64,000 nt of DNA from Octopus vulgaris. Taxonomy: Eukaryota. The position numbers were made by a program, and so were the translations under genes. The notes beneath the pieces were generated by a model, which was not told the DNA's origin, made no database searches, and saw only the letters and a program-made list of their open reading frames with translations. The stretch spans positions 2,108,001-2,172,000 of the forward strand of contig OX597828.1 in the NCBI GenBank assembly GCA_951406725.2, written 5' to 3'. Below, piece after piece: positions 12,570 to 27,224 of this stretch. Each line of letters starts with the position of its first letter. The first letter of the stretch is position 1.

Positions 12570-15068
12570 ATGAAACTGAAGCGAACAAAAATAGAAGGCA
12601 TTGAAAAGGAAGTATAATATTGAAAGAGAGGGCCTGAAAATGGTAATGGAGGAACTGAGGCAGCGCCACGTTGCAAAGAAAGCAAAGATGGTAAGATACG
12701 ACCAAAAGAATGAAAGGTTACCACCAGAATAGGTTATTCAGAGTAGATCAGAAGAGATTCTATAAAGAAATAAATGGAGAGTGTACTGATGAAAAGTTGG
12801 TACCAGATAACAATGAAAGTCAGAGGCTTTGGTGTGACATTTAGAACAAAGACAAGGAGGAAAAGAAGGATGATGAATGATTGCAAGAACTGAAACAAAC
12901 AGTAGTCTGTCTAAAACAGGCAGAATTAATCATTTCAGTTAGGGAAGTGAAAGAAATCAGCAAAAAGATGAGCAACTGGAAGACTCTGGGACCAGATGGA
13001 GTTCAAAGCTGCTGAATTAAAAGATTTGGTGAATGTCATGCACGAATAGCTGTGCAACTCAAAGCCTTGTTATATGCCGACCAAGTAATACCAGAGTGGT
13101 TGACATTGGGTAGGACAGTGCTGTATCTGAAAAACATCGAAAGAGGCAATACGCTAGAGGATTACAGGCCGGTGTCCTGTCTGTCACTTACGTGTACAAA
13201 CATCTGGAAAAAAAGTGGAGTCCTGCCACATGAGCAGAAGGATTGCAAGCGTAGGTGCAGAGGTACCGAGGATCAACTCCTGATAGACAAAACTGTACTT
13301 AGAGACTGCAAGAGGAGGAAAAGCAACTTAGCCATGTCATGAATCGACTATCGTAAAGAGTACGATAGGATCCCACATTCTTGGATAATGGAATGTATGA
13401 ACCTATTTGGTATTGCATCGAATGTTGAGCGATTGCTTGGAGAAAGTATGGCGAAATGGAGGACGGACGTAATAGAATACGGAATAAGTTTAGAGACAGC
13501 AGAACTCAGGAGGGGCATCTTCCAAGGAGACTGCATGTCCCCACTGATCTTTGTACTGTGCTTGATACCACCAACACTGATACTGAGGAAAGCAAAAGCT
13601 GGGTATGCATTCAAAATCCGTCAACAAAAAGCCAACCATCTGTTATTCATAGATGATCTCAAACTTTATGGTAAAGATGAAACCCAAGTCAGTTCCCTCG
13701 TTGATACGGTGTATACTTTCAGAGCTGATATCCGAATGGTGTTCGGACTGAGAAAGTGTGGTGTTAGTCTTGAAGAGAGGCAAAATCAAATGTATGGATG
13801 GGCTATCGATACCGTCGGGAGAGGTTATGAAGCAGATAGAAGAGATGGGCTATAAGTACTTTGTGATTTTCGAAATGGACAAATTGATGGAGAAAGAAAT
13901 GACAGAAAAATTTAAGGTGGAGCACTTGCGCAGACTGAGACTGATCCTTTAATTCGAAATTAAACGGACGGAATAAGACTGAAGCTATCAACACCTGGGC
14001 TGTTTCAACACTCAGATATGGAGCAGGGGTAATCGCATGGACAAAAAGTGACACACACAGACTATATGTACCAAGAAAAAGAGGGCGAAGAGGACTTATT
14101 GGATGCGAACACAGCATTAGAGCAGAAGAAAACAACATAGCATGGTATGTAAAAGATGCCACAGAGTCGCTATTATTAGAAGTAAGAAGGTCAGGCTTGT
14201 GTAGGATGAAAGATTGCAAAGATAAAGCACTGTACAAGCAATTGGAAACGATTGAAACTGAAAATAGATGGGTAAAAAGAATGCATGGGCAATTTCACAG
14301 GGATGTTGAAAATAAGACAGAGAAAAAAAGATGGCTGTGGATGACTAAAAGTGATTTAAAACCGGAAACGGAGTCTCTAATTTGTGCTGCCTAAGAGCAA
14401 GCACTAAGAACAAACTACATAAAATACAGAGTAGACACATCAGAAAGTGATAAGTGCAGAATTTGTGGACAAAATGGAGAAACCGTATGGCATATTACCA
14501 GTCAATGTACACCACTAGCGCAGAATGAATATAAGAGACGCTACGACAATATAGCAAGGCTTGTCCTTTAGATATATTGCAACACGTATGGACTTGACAG
14601 AGCAAAACATTGGTACAAGCTCAAACTCGAAGGCATCATTGAAAATGATAATGCAAAGATCTTGTGGGATATTATGATTCAGTGTAACCATGAGATAGAA
14701 AATAGGAAGCCAGATGTAGTGTTAATTGAGAAAGAAACCAAACTATGCTGGATTATAGATATAGCATGCGCAGCTGACACAAGGCATGTGATAAGGAAGA
14801 AAGAAAAGTCTATAGATATGACAGATTAGCTTGGGAGGTAAAGCATTTGTGGTCGATGAAAAGGGTGGTAGTAGTACCAATAATTGTTGGAACCTTCAAA
14901 AATCTCGAGAAGTACGTGGAACAAATAGGGGCTGCAATAAGGGTGGGACACTTACAGAAAACAGCACTGCTTGGAACCGCTCGAATACTCCAGAAGGTGC
15001 TCGAAAAATAAGAGATGAACAGCTGATACCGTAGTACATCTCCAGCGTTAGAAGCTGTGCAAAAGCAA
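12570..15068 (+). mobile_element. R4/Dong-clade LINE (RT + CCHC + RLE), decayed
   Basis: NWKTLGPDGVQ, YRPVSCL, EQKDCKRRCRGTEDQLLID, DYRKEYDRIPHSW, RRGIFQGDCMSPLIF, NHLLFIDDLKLY, CRICGQNGETVWHITSQC, ILWDIMIQCNHEIENRKPDVV, LQKTALLGTARILQKVLE. Ends in (TAA)n. Confidence 0.93.
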
Positions 15069-15154
15069 TGATAATAATATTAATATTATTATTATTATTA
15101 CTATTATTATTATCATTATCATCATCGTCATCATCATCGTCATCATCGTCGTCG

Positions 15155-15209
<55 letters not shown>

Positions 15210-15210
15210 A
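15069..15210. repeat. (TAA/TTA)n + (CAT)n microsatellite
   Basis: Direct reading. Confidence 0.9.
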
Positions 15211-15399
15211 ATATGTAACATACTTAGCTTGTTGCTGGAAGTATGATTGATGTACCAGTTGTTCCCTAAGGCGGTACTTTCTTTGAAGTCTCGTGAACTT
15301 AGCAATAAATCATTGCACTGCCATGTAATGCTGTTTTCTGAATATGCTCGATTTTCATTTATATTTGCATCATAGCCAACGAAATTTCCTTTTTTCTTT

Positions 15400-15665
15400 T
15401 TCCTCACTGTACTTAGGACACTAACAATTATTGGAGTTAATATACATTTTTTAATTGAGCTTCACTCCTGAAAGGTTTTATTGTTTTTTCTCCTTTTTCG
15501 ACGATTTTTCTGTTACCAGGGCAAGTGATCTCTATCATCAAGCATGACTTTTCTTCCTTGTCAATCAGTACCATATCAAGTTTCCAATATTCGATTCTAT
15601 GATCACATTGGATCATGAACAGTCCCAAAGGATCTTAACCATGTTGTTTTCTACCACACCCTCCG
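15400..15665 (-). mobile_element. R4/Dong-clade RLE fragment
   Basis: MIQCDHRIEYWKLDMVLIDKEEKSCLMIEITCPG (RLE PD..D/E region). Confidence 0.7.
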
Positions 15666-15829
15666 CTCGTCCTTGTCATTTCTATTCTAAACTTATTGCA
15701 TGCTAATTTAGTTTGCAGGTATATATTATCCTGAGGTTTGGTGACAAGTCTCGAATCTTTAGAATCATTCTTAGAATTCTTGCGGAATACTGAATTGCAT
15801 TTTTCTGCTGGTTGACAATATGTTTACAT

Positions 15830-16260
15830 TGCAGTAGCCTTCAGCTTTTGATACAGCAGTTTGGGCGTTGGGCATCGTGGACCAAAAAACCGCAGAAACA
15901 ACTTTATAAGACTAGGTCTTGATTTTTCCCGACTTTATCGATTTATTTGATATCTCTTCTGCTTGCAAATGGTATGATCTTGTATTCTGTTTTTTTTTCT
16001 TTTGGGGGCAGGGACGTTATCTGGTTAGTCTTTATTAAGAAGCCCCATAAAATTCTGTAATCCTTATTCTGTATCATACCCACAAGCCGGACTTTGTGGT
16101 GATGGACAAAGTGAAACGTGCTCTGGAATTGATGTTGCACGTCCCTTTAACCCACGAATGATTAAGAGGGAACATGAAAAAATAGAACTATATAATCCAC
16201 TGAAATACGAGATAGTGCGACTGTGAGTATTTCACATTCGTAACATCTAAAGAGCTAGAA
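15830..16260. mobile_element. rearranged R4/Dong RLE fragments in opposite orientations
   Basis: Minus: NKDYRILWGFLIKT...KIIPFA (about 15950-16080). Plus: KREHEKIELYNPLKYEIVRL (about 16160-16225). Confidence 0.5.
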
Positions 16261-16736
16261 ACACGTCTGGAAACACGATAGGGGACAGCGCTTGGCAGAT
16301 ATGCTGTTTTAAAACTTTTACCACAAAAAATAATTTTTCTCCATTGTAACTGCAGTGAATTTGCCTTTAGAAGTTGAAATATGTCACAAACATATTTTAA
16401 CTAACCTAAAGTTCGCTTATGCCTAAACATTGCTTGGCGCTGTTACTGCTGAATTTTCTTCCTACCTGGCGTTCTAATAGCACAACTCAGTCAATGTTGT
16501 TAATTATGTTTTTAGTTAAAGCTTCTGCTTTAAAATCTGCTTAGAGCGACCTCTCTTCTGTATTTACCATTGATAACAGCTAACGAGGTAGAATTGGGTC
16601 TGGGAATCCGATAGGAGGCAGTATTGAGCAGATAGGGTGTTTCTACACCTTTTATCATAAGAGAGATTTTTCTGTTCTGCGCGGTAACTGAAGTGAATTT
16701 GCCTTTAGCGGTTGAAATATGTCACAAACGTTCGCT

Positions 16737-17454
<718 letters not shown>

Positions 17455-17493
17455 AATAATAATAATAGTAATAAATAATAATAATAATAAAAC

Positions 17494-17535
<42 letters not shown>

Positions 17536-17638
17536 CAACAACAACAACAACAACATCAATAACAACAACAAAAACAACAACAACAGCAGCAACAGCAACA
17601 GCAACAACAACAACAACAACAATAACAACAACAATAGC

Positions 17639-17713
<75 letters not shown>

Positions 17714-17800
17714 AAGAACAACAACAACAACAACAACAACAATAACAACAACATCAATAACAATAACAACAACAACAACAACAACAACAAAAATAATCAC
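17455..17800. repeat. compound (AAT)n/(AAC)n/(AAG)n microsatellite
   Basis: Direct reading. Confidence 0.95.
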
Positions 17801-18100
17801 TATCATCATTGTTGTTAATGGAGATGGTATTGTAGAATTTTTTTTTTACTCTAAGACACGAGTTTATTTCAGGCATTATCTAACGAAAACTCTTTGTAAT
17901 AAGAAATAGAAATAAAATGAAAAGTAAAGGAACATAAATGAGTCATTAAAAATAGAAACATTTTCGTGTGAAGATTATTGCTAATAAAACTAACTATTAA
18001 TTTTAACGGCTTGTAGAGACCTTAGAAAATTTTCAAACAATAATGCTGATGACTAAATAATATAATTTTGTGAACGATTAAATGGTTATTTGAGGTGCAG

Positions 18101-18127
18101 TTAGGATTAGGGTTAGGGTTAGGGTTA
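18101..18127 (+). repeat. short (TTAGGG)n tract
   Basis: TTAGGA-TTAGGG-TTAGGG-TTAGGG-TTA. Confidence 0.6.
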
Positions 18128-18871
18128 CACAACGACCTTATCAACTCAAGCTTCTATTAAACCTCTAACAAAGGTAATCAGCAGAAAATCAACACAAAAT
18201 ATCGCTGTTTTTACGATGTGTGTTCATGCAGTGTTTTCCTAAGGCTATCAAGAGATTTTATACAGAGCTCTGTCATTAACAGTTGTGAAATGCATATATT
18301 TTGTTACCCAATTACAAATATTACTAATGGGTCATCAAAAGCAGAATTTCATTATTGATGACGTACAACATCAGGTAACAAAAAACTCCAAAACAGGCAC
18401 GAAACATTGACAGTCCTATCTATAGTCTGCCAGTTGTATGCAGTTTGTACACATGTATGGCAAAAATAACTATTTAAAACTCGAAACAAACGAATACAAC
18501 TTATGGTTGAAAAGTAACTTCTGAATCAAGTTGAACAATTCATTAAAGATTTTAGAAGGCTAAATACTATAACTGAAAAAGAGATCGTGATTGAAAAGTA
18601 TAATAACGAGTCGTAAAGGAAGAATACCATTAGAAAATATCAGAAAGTACACCATCCGATGCAGAAGAGATAAAACATGTTAATTAAAGGGAAGTCGAAT
18701 AAAAACACGAGATATCAACAGAGGACAGTATCATCAGAATGAACAGTAAGGCACTTCTGCTCAGATATTTGGAGCAAAGAGGTTTCACATGTCTTCGTAA
18801 GCGGACTGAGTATGGAAATTTAAAAGTGAAATGGAGAATAAGTGAAAACGAAAGAATATATTTTACCGAAG

Positions 18872-19322
18872 AGTTGAGCATGTCCCTTAGTGGCTGACAA
18901 TATGTGCATCTCTGATCATGAGCAGAAGTAGTGGGGGAGCACCATAGCCGTGTGTTGAAAGGAATTCTTAGAGGTTTGGATAATTCACCTTTGGAAACAT
19001 GGGTGTTTCGTTCAACATCCTTAAACAATCCTTATTCAAGGACCTTTTGAGCGGGATGGGCTACTCGACCAGAAGAAAATTCTAACTGGGCCCCACCTGC
19101 AAGGTCATGCACTGTTTATCTTGATATGAGATCACCATGTCACACACATATGGTTGTGATGTATGTACCTCGTGTACCCTTATCAGACGGGTAGTCATGA
19201 TGGGTATACTGGGCTTCGTATATTTTACCCCAGTGTCACTTTGATGGCATGCACTGTTCTCTCACTGAATAATAAAACTAATAATAATAATAATAATAAA
19301 ACTAATAATAATAATAATAATA
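18872..19322 (+). mobile_element. non-coding (TAA)n-associated element, copy 3 (5'-truncated, with (AAT)n tail)
   Basis: Begins at agttgagcatgtccc (internal to copy 2) and ends ...ctctcactg followed by (AAT)n. Confidence 0.9.
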
Positions 19323-19719
19323 AGAGTAAATATGATGTGATGCTTTATAGATAGATTACTATAGTTTTGTTGAAACTTTGAGATGTTGTTCATAGATTCC
19401 TATATTCTAACTATGCTATATCCAACTTGTCGACGCTCCTCTCAAAATTCAACTCCCACCCGCCCAATCAACTATCAGTCCAGTCAAACAGCCTGTATTA
19501 GTAGACGCAACAAGCCTGCTCTGCTATTTAGCGCCGCTGCATCATCAGTAACTAAACCAATCTGCCATCAGTTGTTGTCTAGAGAAATCAGGTGAGACAA
19601 TAAATCATAGTAATAATAGTGAAACTACAGAAGTAAACAAGTAAATATTAAGGGATTATTGTAGTAATAGTGGAATTATAATAGTAAATAAGTAAATGAT
19701 AATCCAGAATGATCAACAA

Positions 19720-22700
19720 GTGGCATTGTGAAGCCGTCGATTCGTTGGCGACTAAACGGCAATCCAACTAAGTTGCTTGGTGAGGTGGTGGGGATTTTCG
19801 GCACCCTTTAGGATTGAAAACAGACTCGGCAAAGGGCAGGGGAACTCAGAAGCGTCATTCCGAAAACGGGCAGACAGAACTCGTGAGCCTTGGTTGGCAG
19901 TCTGTCTAGGAGAAGGAATACTCTGATTTAAAAACTGGGGTAGATAGGATTCCTTAGTCACAGTGGTAACAACCTGCCTGGGATAAAGGCGAATAAACCG
20001 CGAATCGGGACTTAACTCCGGGGCAATATTTGGATGGAAGATACGAGACCAACTGACCCCTACCTGTCTGCTAGTGAGAATCATGATTATGGTCTCCAAC
20101 ACACAAAAATACGAAGGGAATAGGCCCAACATATGGGTAGTAAGATTTTTGCAGTCTTGGTTGACAATCTCACTAGAGATAGTGTCTCGATAAAAATACC
20201 GGTTGGTGACTAACCTTAAAACACAAGCCTCATTGTTGAGGTGTTAATGAGGCTGAAACCAAAGGTGAAAGCCTTTCGCCCGGCAGGTGCCCTGTGGTTG
20301 AGCATTCACAGGCTGCTTGTACGCAAAGCTAAAAGCAGAGAAAAAGGTGAGATAAGGAGACAAACCGAACGGTAATTGAATGCTGGATCATGAGTGAACC
20401 CAGTAGAAAGGGATTCCGACAACTAATGAAAGCAAAATGGGATGAAATAGAACTCCTCGAAATAAGCGAGCGACGGTTAGCCGACCAGGCAAGAGCAATA
20501 AGAGCAAAGGGGTGGCTAACAGACATGGAAATTGAAAAGATGAAAAGGCAAGTAGAAAATAGAAATAATACTTCACCAACAGATACGTTGCCCAGTGAGA
20601 ACAGAGAAATGAATGGCGGCAGTGAAGACGTAGAGCAAAGTGTAAATGTAAACGCATTCTCAGCAAATGAAACAGGAGTAATAGGAAGAGCTATAGTACA
20701 AGAATACGATGATGACCAACAAGATATAGTGAGGACACTGTACCGATATATTTGAGAAGACCAAGATCAAGGAACTCCCAAGCTGAGGTACATTGATCGA
20801 CGCAAGCTCGAAGCTGAAACCTAAAAGATAGCTATGGTCCTTGGGCTATTCCAGACTAGAAATATAAATGAAACTAACAAGATTATTTGGACTGCAGGTA
20901 CGGTTGTTGCAGATAGAGTTGGATACAAAAGAAGAGAACAACCAGAACTGGCGTAGACGAATTTGTAAGAAACAAAGTTAAAAAGACATTTAGAACAAGT
21001 TGATAGATTGAGAAGAGGGGAATTGCAGAACGAAAGCATAAGAATAATACTGGAAAGAACATATAGGACAATAGATAAAGAGCATGATGTGACATTGGAA
21101 AAATTGAAACAAAGAGGCAAAACTGGAAACATATCGCAATAGAACAAAGCAACTCAGGCAAAACAGATTGTTTGAACCAAATCAGAAGAAACTGTTTCAG
21201 GAACTAGATGGGCAATTACACGTAACAATGATATCAGATGCAGAGGAACATATGGAATTTTGGAGAGGGACCTGGGACCAACCTATAGAGCATAATAATG
21301 AAGCGGAGTGGCTGCATGAAATCCAAGATAGGTCAAGAAATATAGAAGGCCAAGAAGACGTAAAAATTACAGAAATAATAAAAAAGCAGTTAAGAAAATT
21401 CCAAAATTGGAAGAGTCTGGGACCGGATGGGTTCCAGGGTTATTGGATGAAGAAGCTCAAAGGACTCCTTGAAATGATAGCGCAACAGCTGGATGAGTGC
21501 TTGCAGGAAGGCGCAGTACCCAGCTAGATGACAAAGGGAAAGATGTTCATGTGTCCCAAGGAATCTGAAAAGGGAAATGTTACATCCAACTTTTGACCAA
21601 TAATATGCCTTCTGCTAATGTGGAAACTAATGTCAGGTGCTTTGGCCGGTGAACTGTATCGATACTTACAAAAACGCGGGCTGCTACCTATTAAACAGAA
21701 AGCGTGCCGATAGAGGAGCTGAGGAACGAAGTATCAGCTCTTACTTGATAATTTAATTATCAAGAACTGCAAGAGAAGGCACACAAACATGGGTTGACTA
21801 TCGTAAAGTACACGATATGATACCACACTCCTGGATAATAAGAACAATGCAAATGTATGGAGTAGCAGTAAATATGAGAAACCTTATATGGAATAACATG
21901 AAATGCTGGAGAACGGAATTGACAGAAGGGAATCAAGTATTAGGAGAGGTGGAAATCAAGAGAGGATTCTTCCAAAAGAACAGTGTGTCCCCATTGATCT
22001 TCGTGCTGGGAATGATTTTCTTGAATGCAATACTACAGAAAACATGTTGAGGTATGATCTGGGAACGGATAAGGAAAAAATTGAACCACTTGCTATTCAT
22101 GGACGACCCGAAGCTATTCACAAAAACTGGGGTAGAACTGGACAGCCTAGTCCAGTCTGTGTGGACTTTCTCCAATGATATTAAGATGGAGTTTTGCCTC
22201 TCAAAATGTTCTACAATGGTGAGGAAACGAGGAACCTTTGTCAGAACAGAAGGTATATAGTTGCCAAGTAGTGAAATCCGGCTATAAATACCTGGGAATG
22301 CTTGAGGTAGATGGAATCAAACGCAATGACATGAAAGAAAAGACAAAAAGAGAGTACCTGCGGCGAGTGAGAAAGATATTGGCTTCAAAGCAATAAACTC
22401 ACGTGCAGTCACAGTAGTTCAGTATGGCGTTGGAATCCTGAAGTGGACAGAGGCATAGCTAAAGGAGATGGACAGGAAATCAAGAAAGCTCCTAACGATG
22501 CATGGAGCTCATCATCCATGAGCAGACACTGATCGCCTATACATAAAGAGGGAAAATGGAGGAAGGGAACTGATGAATGTGGAAGATTGCGTGCATATCG
22601 AACTCGAGAGCTTAATGAAATACCTAGCCCAAAGTAAGGAAACCTTGTTAGTGAGAGTTAGAAACGGGGGCGTATGAAAGCAGAGAAAAAAGGAAGAAGT

Positions 22701-22808
22701 ACAAAAAGGACATGAAGGAGAATTACTCAAGAAGGGACTACGCAATCAATTCCATGCAGCCACAATAGAAGTTGCTGGACAAAAATAGGTGGGATTGGCT
22801 GATGAAAG
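19720..22808 (+). mobile_element. R4/Dong-clade LINE with 5' UTR, 3'-truncated and decayed
   Basis: 5' UTR with gtctaggagaaggaatactctg. N-terminal SEPSRKGFRQLMKAKWDE...ERRLADQARAIRAKGWL. RT motifs NWKSLGPDGFQGYW, MIPHSWI, KRGFFQKNSVSPLIF, NHLLFMDDPKLF, DRLYIKRENGGREL. Confidence 0.9.
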
Positions 22809-24314
22809 TAACATTTTCTTGGACAATGTTTTCTCCAGTCTTACTTTCACTTGATTTGTGATTATCTTTTGATTTTTGTCTGAATTCTTCATTTAAAACA
22901 GAGAAACTATTGGGTGATTAAAATTGTTTTGTATGATTATATGAGAAGTCATAACTTTTAGTAGTCTTTCTAAGAGTAATCCATTCGAGGTGGGGGATAA
23001 AAAGTGAGTGGTTTCTTTGGTTTTTGTTGGCATTTGAAAAAATTTTACTTTCAGGAAAGGAACAAATTTATTGTTCTCAAGGCAAAATTTTAAATGAGTT
23101 CGCATTTTTGACAGATCAAATAAAAATTCTCTGGAGAATTTCCAATGACTAGTTCAAATGCGTATGCAAGGGTAAAAGGACCACAGTTGTATGGGCAAAC
23201 TTGGGGATTAGTAATTTGAACCTGTTGAACTGTAGGAGTCATTGTGGCGAGTAGCGTGTTGTTATCTGAGCGGTTAGTTCTTGCGATACTGATAAATTTA
23301 AACTACTATAAACATAGACATCTCCGAAAAAATTGCTCCCATAAAATAAAATGATTACTTTTGGTATGATGGATAAATAATGTGGGGTGTGGGCTATAGG
23401 TTAGAAATTCCGTGTGAGAAAAAATGGTAGGTTGAATAGAAACGTCAACAAACTTGTTACATGACGTTTGCCCCGAAAGAAAAATGACTTCTCATATTTC
23501 ACATCAAACGTTCTCAACCAAAATGTTCCCTTGCTCATTGGCTCAGAGGAATGGAAAATCAACTTTTTCAGCTTCTTTTCTGTTTTTGTCCTCAGGAATG
23601 AAATTTCCTTCTTCTTAAAGTTCATCAGACAATTACACAAATAACTGAAATGATTTTCAGAAGAACATACCTGTTCAAGGTTACTCAAATTCTTCTGAAT
23701 GTCTGCACCAAGCGATATTAATTTTGAACGTTGGTGTTGAATAATGGCGTCGATTATGTGAAATAAATTGCTCTCACCAATAAATTTTAACTTTTGAAGC
23801 AATGAATCGTCAGGCTGTGATGTACACACATTGGTATATTTGATGCAAGCTCTTCATGTTTTATCTGCTGTCGTCTGCAGGTATCCAGAAATGATAAATG
23901 GCTCTTGATTTTAGCGCGAAAACAATTAAGTTAACTGATAGAAATGTCGATATGGTACAAAGTCCATTGTCCCAGGATTTGGCTCAACACTAGGGTCTGG
24001 TGAAACTAACAGGGCTGACAAGCCAACTGTGAAATGGAATAAAACACAAAATCTGTAATTTTTACTACGATTTTCCTTAAGACACTCACCAGTTTAGGTA
24101 GCTACCTGAATTTCTAAACGTTCCAATTCTTATTCGGTATAACATAAAATCAATCATCTCAATCTACTTGATTTAGATATTGTATAAAGATTGATGTAAC
24201 TCTTCACGAAGGTAAATAGACAATAAAAAAGAGCGCGATGCGATTTGTAATAGAGATTGTTTATCTAACGGTTTGAACAATATTTCAACAGATCGTCTGT
24301 CTTCTTCAGGTTCA

Positions 24315-24318
<4 letters not shown>
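22809..24318 (-). mobile_element. Penelope-like element 5' portion (pLTR hammerhead + N-terminal ORF remnants)
   Basis: Hammerhead at 24273-24315 upstream of a minus-strand KIKSHLSFLDTCRRQQI motif (PLE N-terminal H..FL..C type) and ORF remnants 23401-23829 and 22893-23105. Abuts (TA)n. Confidence 0.5.
24273..24315 (-). ncRNA. minimal type-I hammerhead ribozyme
   Basis: ttgaac-CTGAAGA-a-gacag-acgat-ctgtt-GAAA-TA-TT-gttcaa. 6-bp stem I, 5-bp stem II, palindromic ATAT replacing stem III. Confidence 0.75.
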
Positions 24319-24350
<32 letters not shown>

Positions 24351-25299
24351 TGTTATTTAGTTATATATACATATATATATATATTTAGTGATTGTTCTTC
24401 ACAAATATCAAAAGTGTATGTCTTTGACTATAGATATGAAGGTTGGCGCCAGAATTAATTATGCTTCAGATGTTTTCTTAATGCAGTAAATAATTCTGTG
24501 TTTTACTCATTGAATTTTCTTTTATGACTTAGTGTGTTGTTTAATATAGGATCGAATGCCTTATTCGATTCCAGAGCGCTTGGTATGGTATATTTTGTAT
24601 ATAGGTTGTAAGCATCTCACATTGAAAAGAAAACTTCTTGTCAATCGGTTTTGATCACTGGTTGCAACTACACCATTTTTAACGAACAAATCAATCGAAC
24701 AGTGACTGTATACGAATAATCCACTCTCTAAAGTGAAATATATTAAGTGCAAACCACAACTTGTTTGGCACTATGTTAGCCGTAGTTGAGCAAACATATG
24801 ATTAAAAGACTTCCAGATATGACCATTCTGTCTGTTTGGGATACTGTATATGTAGCAACGCATCGAATGACACTGCCTATTCAAGACAGTCGGGTGTTAT
24901 TTGAGGGAAGTTGAGCGTCAATGTCTTCTAGGTCTTGAGACAACGTTGAAGTTGTCTTCGTTGTACGAATCACATTGTTGTTGACTTGTTTTCTTAACTC
25001 TATCACGGTACGCATGGAGGCTGAAGCAGAAAGTCTTTGATGCTGAATGGCCAACTGTTGAATACATTATGTTACACAAATTTGTACGGCTGAACAATAC
25101 TACATCTTAACCTAGAAATACGATAGTCTAGGTAAAAACTAAACGAAAATAATATATAAATGCTACCACCAGAATACGTGTTAGCTGGTGAATTATAGCA
25201 GCTGGATGAAAGTATCTTGTAATTATAAAACGAACGGAACTCGGGTTCGTTTTACAACGCATCTAAAGTACAGAACACGATATCCTCTCGCGTCGTTGA

Positions 25300-25512
25300 A
25301 CGGTTTCAAATTTTGACACAGGACCGATAACGTCTGGAAAGGAATAAGTCTATTACATCGGCTCCAGGGCTCAACTGGTACTTATATGATCGATCCCGAA
25401 AGGACAAAAGGCAAAGTCGATCCCGATGCCGTTTGATCTCAACGTAAAGTCGGGAGAAATGCTGCTAAGCATTTTGTCCTGCGCGATAACGATTCTGCAA
25501 GTTCACCCGCCT
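25300..25512 (-). mobile_element. tRNA-derived SINE family B
   Basis: Homologous to 4740-4945 (aactggtactta..atcgatcccgaaagga..aaggcaaagtcga...gctaagcattttgtcc...aacgattctgc). Confidence 0.7.
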
Positions 25513-26865
25513 TTCGTGCATCATTAAACTACAAGAATAAATATGCTTTAAGTTGTAAAATCTGTCTACTTAGAGATGCCATCTGAGATACTGGCCGGCC
25601 AAAATTCCAAGTAAGGCCAGTTTAGGCAATCTTTGGCTCTGATTGAATAAGACTAGCAATGATAAAAGTAAATTTACCAGTCTATTTGATAATTAGTTAC
25701 AGCTAACTACATGGAATAGTTTAATACCTGGATAACATAACGGTGATTATATTCATAGTAATCCAAGGTTAGCAATAATAGAGAAGTACTACCGATAGAA
25801 TAGTAGAAATTCATATGACTGTCATTTATTTCTTAGACTTAGAGCGAAGAAAGGTAAAATAGAATTCTGAAATCTCAATTTAGAGTAAAATTTTTACTTT
25901 AATGATTTAAGTACTTACCTCCCCTCACTGCAATTATGAGAAAAGTATTGTAGTAATCCGAATAAGTAAACCAAGGTAGTTTAATCTTGATTTAAAAACC
26001 GAGCTGTATATTATTTTCTACACTGAAGAAGTATCAAGTACGGCGTTATAATTGATGGACATAAGTTGGAATTATTATTGACTTAAATATGGTATTTTTA
26101 AACACACAATGTAGGTTATTGATGTTTTTGCATGTTTCAGGGGTTGAATAATTAAAAAGAAAATCTGGTTAAAACAAACCAAAATTGGGAACTAAGCCCT
26201 GAACTCAGCTCACAAGAATATTCGACCCATTCCTATATTCAATAAATATAAAACTTCAAAACATTTGCATCAACTGTGAGACTATTCATGATTCATATTT
26301 CTAGTGTTAGCCAAACTAACGGAAAACCTCTTAGTAGTTGCTGGAACTGCTAGAAATAGCAACCAAATCCCCATACTACTTTCTGTCTTGAAAAATAACA
26401 TCCTGGGTTCTTATGAAAAATTCGATGTAAACTTATAAACAGATTAATCACAGCTGGAATGCTTTTGGTCATAGGCTTACTTAATCTGGTTTGGTCTGGA
26501 GGCCATCAATAACAACCTTAATATTTCGTTCTAGTAAACAACTGAAATCCTACATCATTAATATAAACATTTTAAACAAGAATGGTAGCATATTACAATG
26601 AGGTTCTGCTGTTTATTCTTATAGAATTTCAATTACATATGCATTCCTGATACTTAGTCAAAAAAATATAGTCGAACATTATAAAATATATTCTTGACAA
26701 GGTCATTGACACATAGAACTAAAAAAGAAACAAAAAACCTGAAATTTTAATTCCTGCATTTTATATTCATTGCGTAATATACATTATGGGAAATGTTTCA
26801 TTAAAACAAGTGTTTTATTATAAGTTTCATCTATTTTCTCTTTGTCATATCGCATATATCTTTCA

Positions 26866-27075
26866 TATTTTACTCGTATCATTCATTAGGCTACAATCAT
26901 GCTGGGGCACCGTCTTGAAGAATTTTAGTTGAAGGAATTATCCCCAGCACTTATTTATTTAAGCTTTATACTTATTTTATCGGACTCGTTTGTCGAGGCA
27001 CTAGGCTATGGGGACATAACCACAGTAACATCGGTTGTCAAGTGGCGGTAAGCAACACACACAGATACAAAGACA
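26866..27075 (-). mobile_element. SINE family A 3' half
   Basis: catgctggggcaccg...catcggttgtcaagtggcgg matches the reverse complement of the family A second domain. Confidence 0.7.
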
Positions 27076-27157
27076 CACATATGTACATAGATGTGTACGT
27101 ACATACGTACATAAATACATACATGCATATATACATACATATGCATACATACTTATA

Positions 27158-27224
<67 letters not shown>

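Noticed and set aside
18101-18127. Telomere or fusion site
   Set aside because: Only about four units; such tracts are common inside repeats.
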